Positions 48,861-58,473 are shown, numbered from the stretch's first letter. The stretch: 64,000 bases of DNA from Patescibacteria group bacterium (GCA_035529375.1 DATKWU010000018.1:47956-111955), one strand, 5' to 3'. Numbers and translations are program-made. The notes: generated by a model not told the origin, from the letters alone.

Positions 48861-49283
48861 TTATTCGTATTTTGCTAAAATTGCTGATCCCAAAATAATC
48901 AAAAAGAGGGCTAGAATCTTGAGAAAACCAACTGATTCACCTAAGAAAATTCCAATAATGGAAGCAATGGCAATACTACCACCAATAATAATTGGTCCTC
49001 CCACCGATATGGGTAAACCTTTGGCATAAGCAGAAAGAGCCAGAAAATCAATAAAAAAAGCACAAATTCCAGCTAAGACTACAAAAAGAATTCCCTTGGG
49101 ATTGCTAACTAATTGCTTGTTTTTCAATTGAGGTAATAAGATAACCGCCCCCAAGATAACCGCTGTTAAAGAAACCAGAATGGCTCCGAAAACTTGATCA
49201 ATATGAGGAGAAGCATATTTATGAAAGATTGTCCAAAATCCAAAAGCAATTGCCGCTAAAAAAGCTAAATAAACAGCTGACAT
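48861..49283 (-). CDS. single-repeat EamA/DMT family membrane protein
   Basis: About 5 TMs, FLGES motif. Confidence 0.7.
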   Translation of the reverse strand: MSAVYLAFLAAIAFGFWTIFHKYASPHIDQVFGAILVSLTAVILGAVILLPQLKNKQLVSNPKGILFVVLAGICAFFIDFLALSAYAKGLPISVGGPIIIGGSIAIASIIGIFLGESVGFLKILALFLIILGSAILAKYE

Positions 49284-49399
49284 ATTTTTATTCTATCACA
49301 AAACAAATTTAAAAATCCTTATCCTTGCCGGCGTGGCTAGTTTGTTTTTGGTTTAGGGAGAATTCGAGGGCGGGGTAGGAAAAAATTGATGATATAATT

Positions 49400-50224
49400 A
49401 TGTCAGGGACAGAAACGATGATAAATCTTAACGTAAGAAAATTTAGTTTCGTACAAACCCTATTACTCGTTTTGGTCTTTAGTATAATTACTTCCTTGGG
49501 GACATTGTTTGCTTCGGATAAAGTAATAATAAACCTTCCTGAGACTGGACAAAGGAAAGAATTAACCATCGAACCTGGAAAAACCTTAGAGGCCACGCCA
49601 AATCCACCTACACCTATAAAGAAGGATAAATGTATCAGTGGCGATTTTGAAGAGTATAAAAACTTCTGGGAAGTCGATGAATATTTCAAGATTGACGAGG
49701 AAGGATATTATTGCCCGATGAGAAGAGGTTATCAACTTTGGGAAATCTGGTATACAGAAAAACTTCCTGTTGGATTTACATCTGCAACGTTAAGATACCT
49801 ACTAAAAGATGGTACTCCAGGAAATGATATTCCACCTCCTGCCGTTTTTTCCTACGGAGATAGTAAAAAGAGATTTTACACAATAATTATACCGGATGGG
49901 GATTTAAAAAGCGTTAGATTCAAGGGAGAAGAAGGGACTGCAAAACCGCAAGGGCGCCTTAAAGAAGAAGTGAACATAGATAACGAAATGACAATTATAA
50001 TAAAACCAAGAGTACCAAGCCCAACTAAGAACGAAATTAAAGTCACGTTTGATTCGACCTACATCTCTAAAGACTCCGGTGACCAAATGCCACCTGAAAC
50101 TTTTGAGTACGATACTAAGGTTCCAACCGTCAGCCCAGAAGAAGAGGGAGCTAAGAAACTATTCGGCTTTGGTACCTTTAATGGCGATTGTATTAAGCCA
50201 ATATGGTTCGAAATCTGCCCTTAA
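49400..50224 (+). CDS. hypothetical exported protein
   Basis: N-terminal hydrophobic segment, P/T linker, beta-rich domain. Confidence 0.55.
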   Translation: MSGTETMINLNVRKFSFVQTLLLVLVFSIITSLGTLFASDKVIINLPETGQRKELTIEPGKTLEATPNPPTPIKKDKCISGDFEEYKNFWEVDEYFKIDEEGYYCPMRRGYQLWEIWYTEKLPVGFTSATLRYLLKDGTPGNDIPPPAVFSYGDSKKRFYTIIIPDGDLKSVRFKGEEGTAKPQGRLKEEVNIDNEMTIIIKPRVPSPTKNEIKVTFDSTYISKDSGDQMPPETFEYDTKVPTVSPEEEGAKKLFGFGTFNGDCIKPIWFEICP

Positions 50225-50271
50225 CCTAACTTGAAAACTTAATCAAAAGCAGAGAAATTTTACTTCTTTTT

Positions 50272-50343
50272 TTATTTTAATTTAATCTCTTTTAGGATTT
50301 CTTTAAGAATACCCATTAGCTGTCTAAATTGATTTGGGCTCAT
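50272..50343 (-). CDS. 23-aa amphipathic small protein MSPNQFRQLMGILKEILKEIKLK
   Basis: AGGAGGTG a few nt before ATG; below ORF-track cutoff. Confidence 0.45.
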   Translation of the reverse strand: MSPNQFRQLMGILKEILKEIKLK

Positions 50344-50432
50344 TTATATCACCTCCTCTCCCACAAAAAAATATTCGCCAATTCTCTTTTTGAGAAATTA
50401 ACTTCTAATTTTTTTGAATAGGCTCGATCGTC

Positions 50433-50768
50433 TCATTCCTCTTTTTTATTACATTCATAAGTACCTTCTTTAAGAAGATGTGATTCTGCGGCAATTCTAT
50501 TATCTTCGCCGCTCAAAAGGGCATATTTAAAGTAACAATCTTCATTTACCAAATTCCTTTTTAAACAGCTATTTTGTTCGTTTGGCGAAAGATGTTCAAG
50601 ATAGCGTTTTCTAAGATGGAAGGCTCTGCCGACATAAACTCGAGTCATTTTGTCCTTTTCCCCATCATTTCTTAACACCTTATAAATCCCACCAATTTCT
50701 GGTACCTTGTAGGAATTACCCGTTGTGTAGCGAAAACTTGTCGACCATTTTAGATTTTGACAACTCAT
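50433..50768 (-). CDS. GIY-YIG nuclease family protein
   Basis: GGIYKV...VYVG, LRKRYLEH, AES, C-terminal CN; AGGAGGTG RBS. Confidence 0.75.
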   Translation of the reverse strand: MSCQNLKWSTSFRYTTGNSYKVPEIGGIYKVLRNDGEKDKMTRVYVGRAFHLRKRYLEHLSPNEQNSCLKRNLVNEDCYFKYALLSGEDNRIAAESHLLKEGTYECNKKEE

Positions 50769-50803
50769 ATCTTTTTCACCTCCTATCTTCGTAAAATTCT
50801 AAC

Positions 50804-50945
50804 AAAAAAAGGTAGGCTTCTCGCTTTGCGAGTCGCTCTACCTCCCAATCGAAAATTCTAAAGTCTAACCCCTGTCCTTGTTAACTGAATTTTTTAAGGC
50901 AGGATTCAACATAATCTTCTTTCGGGTCGTTAGAAAACGACCCCC
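50804..50945 (-). ncRNA. candidate structured leader/small RNA ending in an intrinsic terminator
   Basis: Hairpin GGGTCGTT/AACGACCC (50924-50943) and terminator AGGTAG..CTCGCAAAGCGAG..CTACCT + T-run (50804-50843). Confidence 0.4.
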
Positions 50946-51062
50946 AAATTGACTAAAATTACCTTACCAAAGCTATCCCGAAAAGTCAAGCCCTTTTTAA
51001 GGCTAATTTTAGCAGACTTGTTTGGAAACTGCTGGAAATTTTGGCTTTTGAAGCTTGGTTGG

Positions 51063-52016
51063 CTAATTAACCTTGTTAGTTGGTTTGCCTTTGAGGAAAT
51101 TTTCAAGATTTTGAACAAAAATTTCTTGTTTTGCTGCTGTCGCTTCTTTAGTAGTATAGGCAATTGGCGGATAAAGGATGCAGTTTTTGTATTTTGAAAG
51201 TCTTTTTGCGATGGCTGGAGAAAGTTCGTCTGAGTGATCCAAGATAAAAGTTATGTCTCCCTTCTTTAACCTTTTTTCCAGGGCCTTGATATCTAAAAGC
51301 TCCATCGGTGCCAGATTAATCACCACAGCTCCAGATTTAATCAGCCCAATTCTTTTGCTATTCAAAAAATTTTCAGTGTCTTTATTGTAGGCAAGATTGA
51401 GAGAAAGAAAATCACATTCTTTGATTAGAGATTCTACTTCTTGGTATTTTATTCCTTTTCTTTCATATTTCTTCTTTCTTATTCTCGACCAATATCTTAC
51501 ATCTGCCCCAAAACCATCATGAGCAATCTCGGCAATTCTTCCTCCAATTTGCCCCAAACCAATAACGCCAAATTTTTTACCTTTTATTTCTGAAACTCCA
51601 AAGAAAGTTGCCTCAGAATAATCACCTTTTCTCGCCTGATTTTTACCCCTTTCAACTTCTCTTAAATGTTCCAAAATGGCGGCAAAAGCAAACTCCGTCA
51701 CCGCTTCTGTGCTGTATCCTGGAATATTACAAACAACAATTCTCTTTTTGGCTGTGTAAGCGTCATCTATCCTGCCGTAACCTGTCGAAAGAGCACCAAT
51801 GTATTTTAGTTTCGGTGCATGGTCAATTATTTTCTTATCGACAGTAATACCGAGACTAACGAGTAAACAATCTGTTGTTGAAAGATGTTTTTGAATATCC
51901 TTACTGTCTGCTGGAAGTAAAACTTTCTTTTCGGTTAAGCGGTCAATTTTCCCCCAAGTTTCTTTTGTAAGACTTCCTTTTCCTATACCAACGACTAAGA
52001 TTTTTTTAAATCTCAT
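51063..52016 (-). CDS. D-isomer-specific 2-hydroxyacid dehydrogenase family
   Basis: STGY..ID, CNIPGYSTEAV, GVIGLGQIG, VINLA. Confidence 0.85.
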   Translation of the reverse strand: MRFKKILVVGIGKGSLTKETWGKIDRLTEKKVLLPADSKDIQKHLSTTDCLLVSLGITVDKKIIDHAPKLKYIGALSTGYGRIDDAYTAKKRIVVCNIPGYSTEAVTEFAFAAILEHLREVERGKNQARKGDYSEATFFGVSEIKGKKFGVIGLGQIGGRIAEIAHDGFGADVRYWSRIRKKKYERKGIKYQEVESLIKECDFLSLNLAYNKDTENFLNSKRIGLIKSGAVVINLAPMELLDIKALEKRLKKGDITFILDHSDELSPAIAKRLSKYKNCILYPPIAYTTKEATAAKQEIFVQNLENFLKGKPTNKVN

Positions 52017-52082
52017 CTTTGCCTTGAAAATAGCATATTTTTCCTTATTTGTCTAGGTAAAACTAATAGGGAAAGTTTAATT

Positions 52083-52739
52083 TTATTCTCTTGCCCTCTC
52101 AAACCCAGCCTCTAAAGCCTCTCCCTCAGAACAAAACCATCTGTCTCCATGTTTCAAATTAACTTCAGTGGCTTCGTAATGCCTAAAACTAGGCAAATGA
52201 TACCAACGTTTATCTAATCTATCCACATTACCCTTTATCTGACAGCCATTCTTATCAAGAGCACAAACCTGCCAAAGTCCTTTCTTTTCATCATGAGCCT
52301 TCTCGGCTGCCTGAGCCAAAACTTCTTGATGTTTTAAATTAACGGTATCTAAGAAAAACTCTCCGGCTCCTTCTTCTAATAAAAACTGATTAACAAAAAC
52401 TTCCTTTTCTTCCTCTTGAACATAAATATAAGCCAGGTAACGACCAAATCTGTCCATTTCATTAACATCCCTTTCCAATCTAACCTCTTTTCCTAAAACC
52501 AATTCCTCATTTATTTTCTTTGCTTCTTCAGCAAAGCATTTCTCTTCTTCAGGCGCATCCAAACCAATGTATCTTACTCTTCGACCATCATTAAGCCTAA
52601 TCGTATCGCCATCAATCACTTCACTAACAAGAAAAAGTTTTGGAGAAGAAAAATATTGCCAAGAGAAAAAACCAAAAAAGGAAAGAAAAAGAAAAATAAT
52701 AAAAATAAGAGGGGTTTTAGACCGAGGTCTTTTGACCAT
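52083..52739 (-). CDS. membrane-anchored thermonuclease (SNase)
   Basis: VIDGDT, RYIGLDAPE, DRFGRYLAY, CQIKGN C-terminal domain. Confidence 0.9.
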   Translation of the reverse strand: MVKRPRSKTPLIFIIFLFLSFFGFFSWQYFSSPKLFLVSEVIDGDTIRLNDGRRVRYIGLDAPEEEKCFAEEAKKINEELVLGKEVRLERDVNEMDRFGRYLAYIYVQEEEKEVFVNQFLLEEGAGEFFLDTVNLKHQEVLAQAAEKAHDEKKGLWQVCALDKNGCQIKGNVDRLDKRWYHLPSFRHYEATEVNLKHGDRWFCSEGEALEAGFERARE

Positions 52740-52788
52740 GCTTCAATCCTATCAACAAAAAACAGTTATTACTAGAAGAAATCTAGTC

Positions 52789-53214
52789 TTAAGACTCTCT
52801 TACCAAATCATATCTTGTGCCCAGCTCAGGATTAGCATATTCCAAAACATGAACTGTTATTTGAGGATTGTTTGTTCTCATTACCGTTACCTCTGCTCCG
52901 CCTTCGCTCCGCTCACCTTTGACTCCTTCCTCATGATACTTTCTAGTAATTTGTTCCCTAGGAAGATTAATTAAATCCACACCTAAGTAAGCCCTAACAC
53001 CAACAATAATCACTTCTCGAGCCTCAGCACTCAGTTTTTCCCACTCATAAGGATCATTGAGTATTTGTTCAAGTCCATATCTCTCTCTAACGCCAATAAA
53101 ATCCATTTCAACTAACTCAATTACCTCATTAACTTTTTCTTTAATCCGAGCCGCTAGAATTTCTATTTGCGGTTCTAATGCTTCCATTTCAGAATTTAAT
53201 TCTTCGTTTTCCAT
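52789..53214 (-). CDS. hypothetical protein
   Basis: 141-aa acidic ORF. Confidence 0.5.
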   Translation of the reverse strand: MENEELNSEMEALEPQIEILAARIKEKVNEVIELVEMDFIGVRERYGLEQILNDPYEWEKLSAEAREVIIVGVRAYLGVDLINLPREQITRKYHEEGVKGERSEGGAEVTVMRTNNPQITVHVLEYANPELGTRYDLVRES

Positions 53215-53257
53215 GCCATTCTATTTTATTATATTGAAAAAAATTGGCTTTTTGAAG

Positions 53258-53569
53258 CTACTTTGGCAAGAAGCGAATTTCGAGACGCGTATTTAAAGCT
53301 CCAGCTAACCGCTGAAGAAAATTTAAAGAAGGATTAGCCTTTCCAGATTCTAACCGAGAAATGGCTGATTGTTTAGTCTTCATTCTTCTTGCTAACTCTT
53401 TTTGAGTTACCCCTTCTTTTACTCTTGAATCAATAATTTTTCTAATAATAGCAAACTCTGGTTGAAGCTCCAGATAAACCTGACGAACCTTGGGGTCTTT
53501 CATCAATTGTTTCCGATGTTCTCTCCAGGTCATTAACTTTTCTTTTCTACGTCTTTTTGTTTCACTCAT
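53258..53569 (-). CDS. XRE-family HTH antitoxin
   Basis: TQKELARRM..KQSAISRLESG..NPSL. Confidence 0.88.
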   Translation of the reverse strand: MSETKRRRKEKLMTWREHRKQLMKDPKVRQVYLELQPEFAIIRKIIDSRVKEGVTQKELARRMKTKQSAISRLESGKANPSLNFLQRLAGALNTRLEIRFLPK

Positions 53570-53590
53570 GGGTTCAATATATCATATATG

Positions 53591-53917
53591 TTATAACTTG
53601 TCAAGACGCAAAAGAGCTGTCTTGATTTCTTTAAGTGGGGTTCTTTGAGTTTTCTTTTTAAAAGCATGAAGAAGAATAATATTTCTTTCTCGCACCGTAT
53701 ATAAAACCCTAATTTGTTCTTTACCAGTTATCCTTAGTTCGTATAAATCTTTTCTTAACTTTTTAGTATATTTTCCACTTAAAAATGGCCCATATTCTTC
53801 AAGAAAATCAATCATCCCAATATATTTAGCTTTGACGACAGGAGCCAGCCCATCAATAAACTTCTTAACAAATCTCTCACCCCGAGGACTCTCAAAATAA
53901 ACCACTCTCCAAGCCAT
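53591..53917 (-). CDS. RelE/ParE-superfamily (Gp49/HigB-like) toxin
   Basis: LYELR, RVLY, LLHAFKKKTQRTP; toxin upstream of HTH antitoxin. Confidence 0.88.
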   Translation of the reverse strand: MAWRVVYFESPRGERFVKKFIDGLAPVVKAKYIGMIDFLEEYGPFLSGKYTKKLRKDLYELRITGKEQIRVLYTVRERNIILLHAFKKKTQRTPLKEIKTALLRLDKL

Positions 53918-53980
53918 ATTTTTATTATAACAAATGTTCTTAGAAAAACTGACTTTTAAATCTTTGCTATAATCAAATCA

Positions 53981-54601
53981 ATGTTAGTCTTTGCTTGTCT
54001 CTCGCCTCACCCACCTCTTATCCTGCCTTCAGTTGGTTCAGAAAAAGATAGGCAAGAAGTTAAAAAAACGATTACCTCTCTAGAAAAACTAGGCAAACAA
54101 CTAGCTAAGATCAAACCAGATTGTCTGATCATTACCTCACCCCATCCTGATTGGGGTTTTAATGTTCCTCTTCATTATCTAGCCAAAAATCTTCATGGAA
54201 TTGAAGTTAAGGCTCATTTAACTGACCTTGAATCACCTGAAGTTCACTTTAATAGAGGCAAAGAATTAATCAAAAACCTCAATTACATTAAGAAACTAGC
54301 TTGGGTTGCTTCTGGGGATATGAGCCACCGACTGAAAGAAGATGGTCCTTACGGCCTCCATCCCTCTGGTCCAAAATTTGATAAGGAATTCATTAATCTC
54401 CTTAAAAGAAAAGATATTGGTAGTCTTTTAAACATAGATCCCAAGCTCATTGACGAAGCCGGTGAATGTGGCTTAAGAAGCTTTTGTCAACTATTAGGTG
54501 CCCTAGAAGGTGCCAAGGTCAAATGGCAATCAGAAATTCTCTCTTATGAAGCCCCTTTTGGTGTGGGTTATCTTGTGGCTAATTTTAAAATAAAAAAATA
54601 A
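53981..54601 (+). CDS. amrB: AmmeMemoRadiSam system protein B (Memo/LigB-like)
   Basis: PHPPLILP, SPH, ASGDMSHRL, AGECG, SYEAPFGVGY. Confidence 0.85.
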   Translation: MLVFACLSPHPPLILPSVGSEKDRQEVKKTITSLEKLGKQLAKIKPDCLIITSPHPDWGFNVPLHYLAKNLHGIEVKAHLTDLESPEVHFNRGKELIKNLNYIKKLAWVASGDMSHRLKEDGPYGLHPSGPKFDKEFINLLKRKDIGSLLNIDPKLIDEAGECGLRSFCQLLGALEGAKVKWQSEILSYEAPFGVGYLVANFKIKK

Positions 54602-54608
54602 CTTAAAC

Positions 54609-54872
54609 TTAAGAATCTTTTGGTTCTAAAATCCACTCACCCTGTTCTATTCGCCGCAAAATCGTTTCTGGTAGTAAAGGATCCATCCGTTTCCTAACTA
54701 TAGAGATGGGATTTAAAAGAGGTTTGATTTTTACTCTTTCTCTTCTACCCTCTCTTTTCTCAATCCCCACTATTTCAAAAGGAATAGATTTTGAATTAAC
54801 TCCAGTCCTACCAATCAGTTCTCTAACCTCATCTAAGGCAGAAGGGCTGCCCTTTCTTTCAACTCTCTCCAT
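54609..54872 (-). CDS. small hypothetical protein between amrB and amrA
   Basis: AAGGAG RBS; 87 aa. Confidence 0.5.
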   Translation of the reverse strand: MERVERKGSPSALDEVRELIGRTGVNSKSIPFEIVGIEKREGRRERVKIKPLLNPISIVRKRMDPLLPETILRRIEQGEWILEPKDS

Positions 54873-54989
54873 CTTTAACTCCTTTTACTCTTAAATTCTA
54901 TTATTTTTCTTACCAAAACTCAATCAGTCAAACAGTCAAACTAATTTTTTCTTAATTTTTCTCTAGATAAATGCTAGAATAAATTAATT

Positions 54990-55508
54990 ATGGATCCAGT
55001 CATTAAACTTGCCAAACAAACAATTGAAACCTATCTTAAAACCAACCAAATTCCTCCTTTACCAGAAAAATTGCCTTCTGAATTGCTCAAGAAAAGAGCT
55101 GGGGTTTTTGTCTCTATCCATAAAAAAGACGGCTCCCTTAGAGGCTGTATTGGTACCTTCTTACCGACTAAACCCAACCTTGCCCTAGAAATTATAACCA
55201 ATGCCATCTCTTCAGCCACTCAGGACCCCAGATTCCCACCAATCACCAAAGAAGAACTCCCATCTTTAATCTATTCTGTTGATGTTCTTTCAGAACCAAA
55301 AAGAGCCAACAAAAAACAACTCAACCCCCAAAAACATGGTCTGATTGTGGCCACTAAAGATGGCCGCCGGGGATTGCTTTTACCGGCTCTCCCTAATGTT
55401 AAAACCGTAGAGCACCAAATTGAAATTTGCAAAATGAAAGCAGGGATTGGTCCCAAAGAAGAAGTCGAATTCCAAACTTTTACAGTCAAGAGACACGAAG
55501 AAAAGTAG
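54990..55508 (+). CDS. amrA: AmmeMemoRadiSam system protein A (AMMECR1)
   Basis: GVFVS, LRGCIGT, DPRF, GLLLP, KAGI. Confidence 0.93.
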   Translation: MDPVIKLAKQTIETYLKTNQIPPLPEKLPSELLKKRAGVFVSIHKKDGSLRGCIGTFLPTKPNLALEIITNAISSATQDPRFPPITKEELPSLIYSVDVLSEPKRANKKQLNPQKHGLIVATKDGRRGLLLPALPNVKTVEHQIEICKMKAGIGPKEEVEFQTFTVKRHEEK

Positions 55509-55540
55509 CTTCTAAGCCTTAAATCTGCTAAAATTTCCTT

Positions 55541-56089
55541 ATGGCGATTAAAAAAATTATTACGGTCCCTAATTCCAAACTTCGTCAAAAATCAAAACCA
55601 GTTAAAAAAATTGACAAAAAAATAAAACAACTGGTTAAGAATTTAATTGAGACCGCTAAAGCCGCCGAAGAACCTAAAGGTGTCGGCCTTTCTGCTATCC
55701 AAATAAATAAGCCAGTCAGGGTCTTTGTCATTAAAAGAGGTAATAAATTTACTCCCTTTATTAACCCCAAAATTACTTGGCAATCTAAGAAAAAACTCTC
55801 CCAAGTTTTAGAAAAAGAAAAGCTGCTGTTTGAAGGTTGTCTCTCTATCCCTGGCTTTTATGGTTTTGTTGACCGCCCTTATGCGATCAAATTAAAATGG
55901 CAAGATTTAGAAAGAAAAAATCATCAAGAAAAGTTTGCAGAAAAAGAATCCACTTTTGTTCAGCACGAACTCGACCATCTTAACGGGATTCTTTTTACTG
56001 ACCACATTCTTAAACAAAAAGGAAAAATCTTTAAAATCGAAAAAGACGAAGAAGACAACGAAGTCTTTGTGGAAGTTGAAATCGAATGA
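55541..56089 (+). CDS. def: peptide deformylase
   Basis: GVGLSAIQI, EGCLS, QHELDHLNG. Confidence 0.96.
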   Translation: MAIKKIITVPNSKLRQKSKPVKKIDKKIKQLVKNLIETAKAAEEPKGVGLSAIQINKPVRVFVIKRGNKFTPFINPKITWQSKKKLSQVLEKEKLLFEGCLSIPGFYGFVDRPYAIKLKWQDLERKNHQEKFAEKESTFVQHELDHLNGILFTDHILKQKGKIFKIEKDEEDNEVFVEVEIE

Positions 56090-56823
56090 AACCTAAAGTT
56101 ATTTTCTTTGGTTCAGACCAATATTCTCAAATTGTTTTAGATCTTCTTAAAAAAGATCAGCGCTGGCAAATCGTCAAATCTCTAGAAGAAAAACCCGATG
56201 TTGGTATCTTGGCTTCTTATGGCCAAATTCTTAAAAAAGAAGTCTTGGAAAAACCAAAACACGGCATTCTCAACATTCATCCCTCTTTACTCCCTAAGTA
56301 CCGTGGCCCAACCCCTGTGCCTACCGCCATTCTTAATGGCGAACAAGAAACCGGTGTCACCATTTTCAAGATGGACGAAAAAATTGATCACGGACCGATC
56401 CTTTCTCAATTCAAAGAAGAAATTAGACCCAATGATACGGCCGAATCCTTACTCAAACGTCTTTTTCTGGCTGGAGCCAAAGTTCTGACCACTATCCTTC
56501 TTTCTTATCTAGAAGGCAAAATAGAATTAAGAGAACAAGATGATTCTCAAGCCACCCCTACCAAAAAATTCACCCGAGAAGACGGCAAAATAAACTGGCA
56601 AGAAGAACCAGCTAAAATAGAAAGAAAAATAAGAGCCTTTTATCCTTGGCCAGAGACTTGGACAGAAGTCACAATCAAAGAAGAAAAGAAAAGACTAAAA
56701 ATTCTTAAAGCTCACTTAGAAAATAATAGACTCATTCTTGACCAAGTCCAACTAGAAAGCAAAAAAGCAGTCACCTACAAACAGTTCAAAGAGGGCTATC
56801 CTGAAGCAAAGATCGTAAGTTAA
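56086..56823 (+). CDS. fmt: methionyl-tRNA formyltransferase
   Basis: NIHPSLLPKYRGPTP, TGVTI, DHGPI; follows def. Confidence 0.94.
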   Translation: MKPKVIFFGSDQYSQIVLDLLKKDQRWQIVKSLEEKPDVGILASYGQILKKEVLEKPKHGILNIHPSLLPKYRGPTPVPTAILNGEQETGVTIFKMDEKIDHGPILSQFKEEIRPNDTAESLLKRLFLAGAKVLTTILLSYLEGKIELREQDDSQATPTKKFTREDGKINWQEEPAKIERKIRAFYPWPETWTEVTIKEEKKRLKILKAHLENNRLILDQVQLESKKAVTYKQFKEGYPEAKIVS

Positions 56824-57553
56824 TGATTGAGACTACTTCTGGGATTTTTAATTTATCCGGTCTATTCTGAGTGAGTCTTAAACACATTTCACCTCTGGAA
56901 GCACCGTGGGTAAACCACCAACCATCAAGAAGCTTATCCCTTTTGCCTTCTTCATCATGATCCATCACTGAATGACATCTTTCTGCGTAGCGGATAAGTA
57001 GTTTAGAATTTTTATCTTCACCTTCCTGGAAAAAAGAAGGTGAAACAAAACTATTTAAACTATTATTGGTTGGATCAAATAATTCCAGCTTGGTGATTTT
57101 ATTATCCATCCCACCATACAAGAATTTATTGAGGCTGTAGGCTTGAAAAGAATGACCGGAATCAATTACTACCCAAATAATATCTTTTTCTTCTGGGAAT
57201 AGTAAGGAAAGTCTTTTCTTGACTTTAGCCAAATTCTCAGGGGTTGGTTCACACTCCAAATCCATCATCAGAATATGACCCAAAGTACTACCAAACTTTA
57301 CCTGAGAAGAAAGGCCAATATCATAGCCATCATAAAGGTTATTCTTCACTAGCTCTTCAAAAATGCCCATCTCATCGATGGTAAATTCTAGATGAGGATC
57401 TTGTTGCGCCAGTTTAGTCGGATAATAAGAGTACCGAACAAGCGAGCCCATGGTGATTGACTTTTGATTTAATCTAAAAATTGTTTCGGCGACTTTAATT
57501 GAAGTTTTATTGATCAGTGATTCGGAGGGAAAGATTGTTTTCTTTATCTTCAT
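56786..57553 (-). CDS. possible archaeo-eukaryotic primase (AEP)-superfamily protein
   Basis: HILMMDLE (DxE), IDSGHSFQAY, CLRL resemble AEP motifs. Confidence 0.4.
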   Translation of the reverse strand: MKIKKTIFPSESLINKTSIKVAETIFRLNQKSITMGSLVRYSYYPTKLAQQDPHLEFTIDEMGIFEELVKNNLYDGYDIGLSSQVKFGSTLGHILMMDLECEPTPENLAKVKKRLSLLFPEEKDIIWVVIDSGHSFQAYSLNKFLYGGMDNKITKLELFDPTNNSLNSFVSPSFFQEGEDKNSKLLIRYAERCHSVMDHDEEGKRDKLLDGWWFTHGASRGEMCLRLTQNRPDKLKIPEVVSIINLRSLLQDSPL

Positions 57554-57680
57554 CCAATCTAACCATAACAACTAAGACCATATATTGATATAACCAGATA
57601 TATCAGGAAAATGGCTATTCAGCCCGAATTAACAGTTGATTTTTAGGAAATAGTCAGGTAAAATTTTAAATAAATAATAT

Positions 57681-57690
57681 CAATATATTG
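57681..57690. promoter_or_regulatory. putative NrdR box
   Basis: caatatattg matches the CwATATATwG core, 2 nt before nrdR ATG; a one-mismatch copy at 57578-57587. Confidence 0.5.
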
Positions 57691-57692
57691 CT

Positions 57693-58145
57693 ATGAATTG
57701 TCCATTTTGTCGAAGTTCTCAAGTTTTTGTTACTAATTCTCGCCCAACAAAGGGAAATACTCAAATTTGGCGTAGGCGAAAATGTTCAAATTGTAAAAAA
57801 TTATTTACTACTTACGAAAATATTGATCTTTCTTATCTCATTGTTATAAAAAAATCAGGTAGAAGACAAAGGTATGATCGAGCCAAACTATATTCAAGCA
57901 TCTACCATGCGGCTATTCAGGAAAAAGGTAGTGATCGAGGCGAAACTGGCAACTTAGCAGAAGAAATTACTAAGGACGTAGAAACAGAGATTCTCTCCTT
58001 AAAAAGAAAAAGAATTAAAACCTCTGAAATCTTTAATATTGTCTTTGATATCCTTAAGAAAAAACATCTCAGCACTTCCTTAAGATATTTAGCCTACTTT
58101 CAGAAACCTAGCAATTTATTAAGTCTTCGGAAATTATTATTTTAA
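57693..58145 (+). CDS. nrdR: transcriptional repressor NrdR
   Basis: MNCPFC, RRRKCSNC..FTTYE, ATP-cone VIKKSG. Confidence 0.92.
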   Translation: MNCPFCRSSQVFVTNSRPTKGNTQIWRRRKCSNCKKLFTTYENIDLSYLIVIKKSGRRQRYDRAKLYSSIYHAAIQEKGSDRGETGNLAEEITKDVETEILSLKRKRIKTSEIFNIVFDILKKKHLSTSLRYLAYFQKPSNLLSLRKLLF

Positions 58146-58149
58146 TATC

Positions 58150-58443
58150 CTAATTGATTTTGGAAACAGAAGATTTTTCAGGAGCAGGTTTTTCTTTCTT
58201 AATCTCTTTTTTCTCTTTTGCTTCTCTTTGTTTTTTCTTAATCGTTCTTAAACACTGAGTGCAAAGTTTCCATTTCCCCATCTCACCATTTAACTTCCCT
58301 CTGTAAGTTTGAAGATTGGGTTTTAAAACTTTTTTACTTTTTGGGGCTCGATACTTCCAACGACCACCAGCCACACCTTTTTTGTGTCGCTGTTGAGAAG
58401 TAATCACAATCCCTTTACCGCACCGGTCACATTTAAATGCCAT
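58150..58443 (-). CDS. rpmB: 50S ribosomal protein L28
   Basis: CDRCGKG...KPNLQ...LCTQCLR. Confidence 0.85.
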   Translation of the reverse strand: MAFKCDRCGKGIVITSQQRHKKGVAGGRWKYRAPKSKKVLKPNLQTYRGKLNGEMGKWKLCTQCLRTIKKKQREAKEKKEIKKEKPAPEKSSVSKIN

Positions 58444-58473
58444 ATGATGTAGTATAATAACAGAACAGGCATA

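Noticed and set aside
53258-53917. Toxin-antitoxin pair as a novel system
   Set aside because: Ordinary HigBA-like RelE/XRE arrangement
1042-56488. Numerous short antisense or nested ORFs in the track (e.g. 7905-8258, 14970-15299, 35418-35795, 52567-52974)
   Set aside because: They overlap well-supported genes and have no motifs or initiation signals
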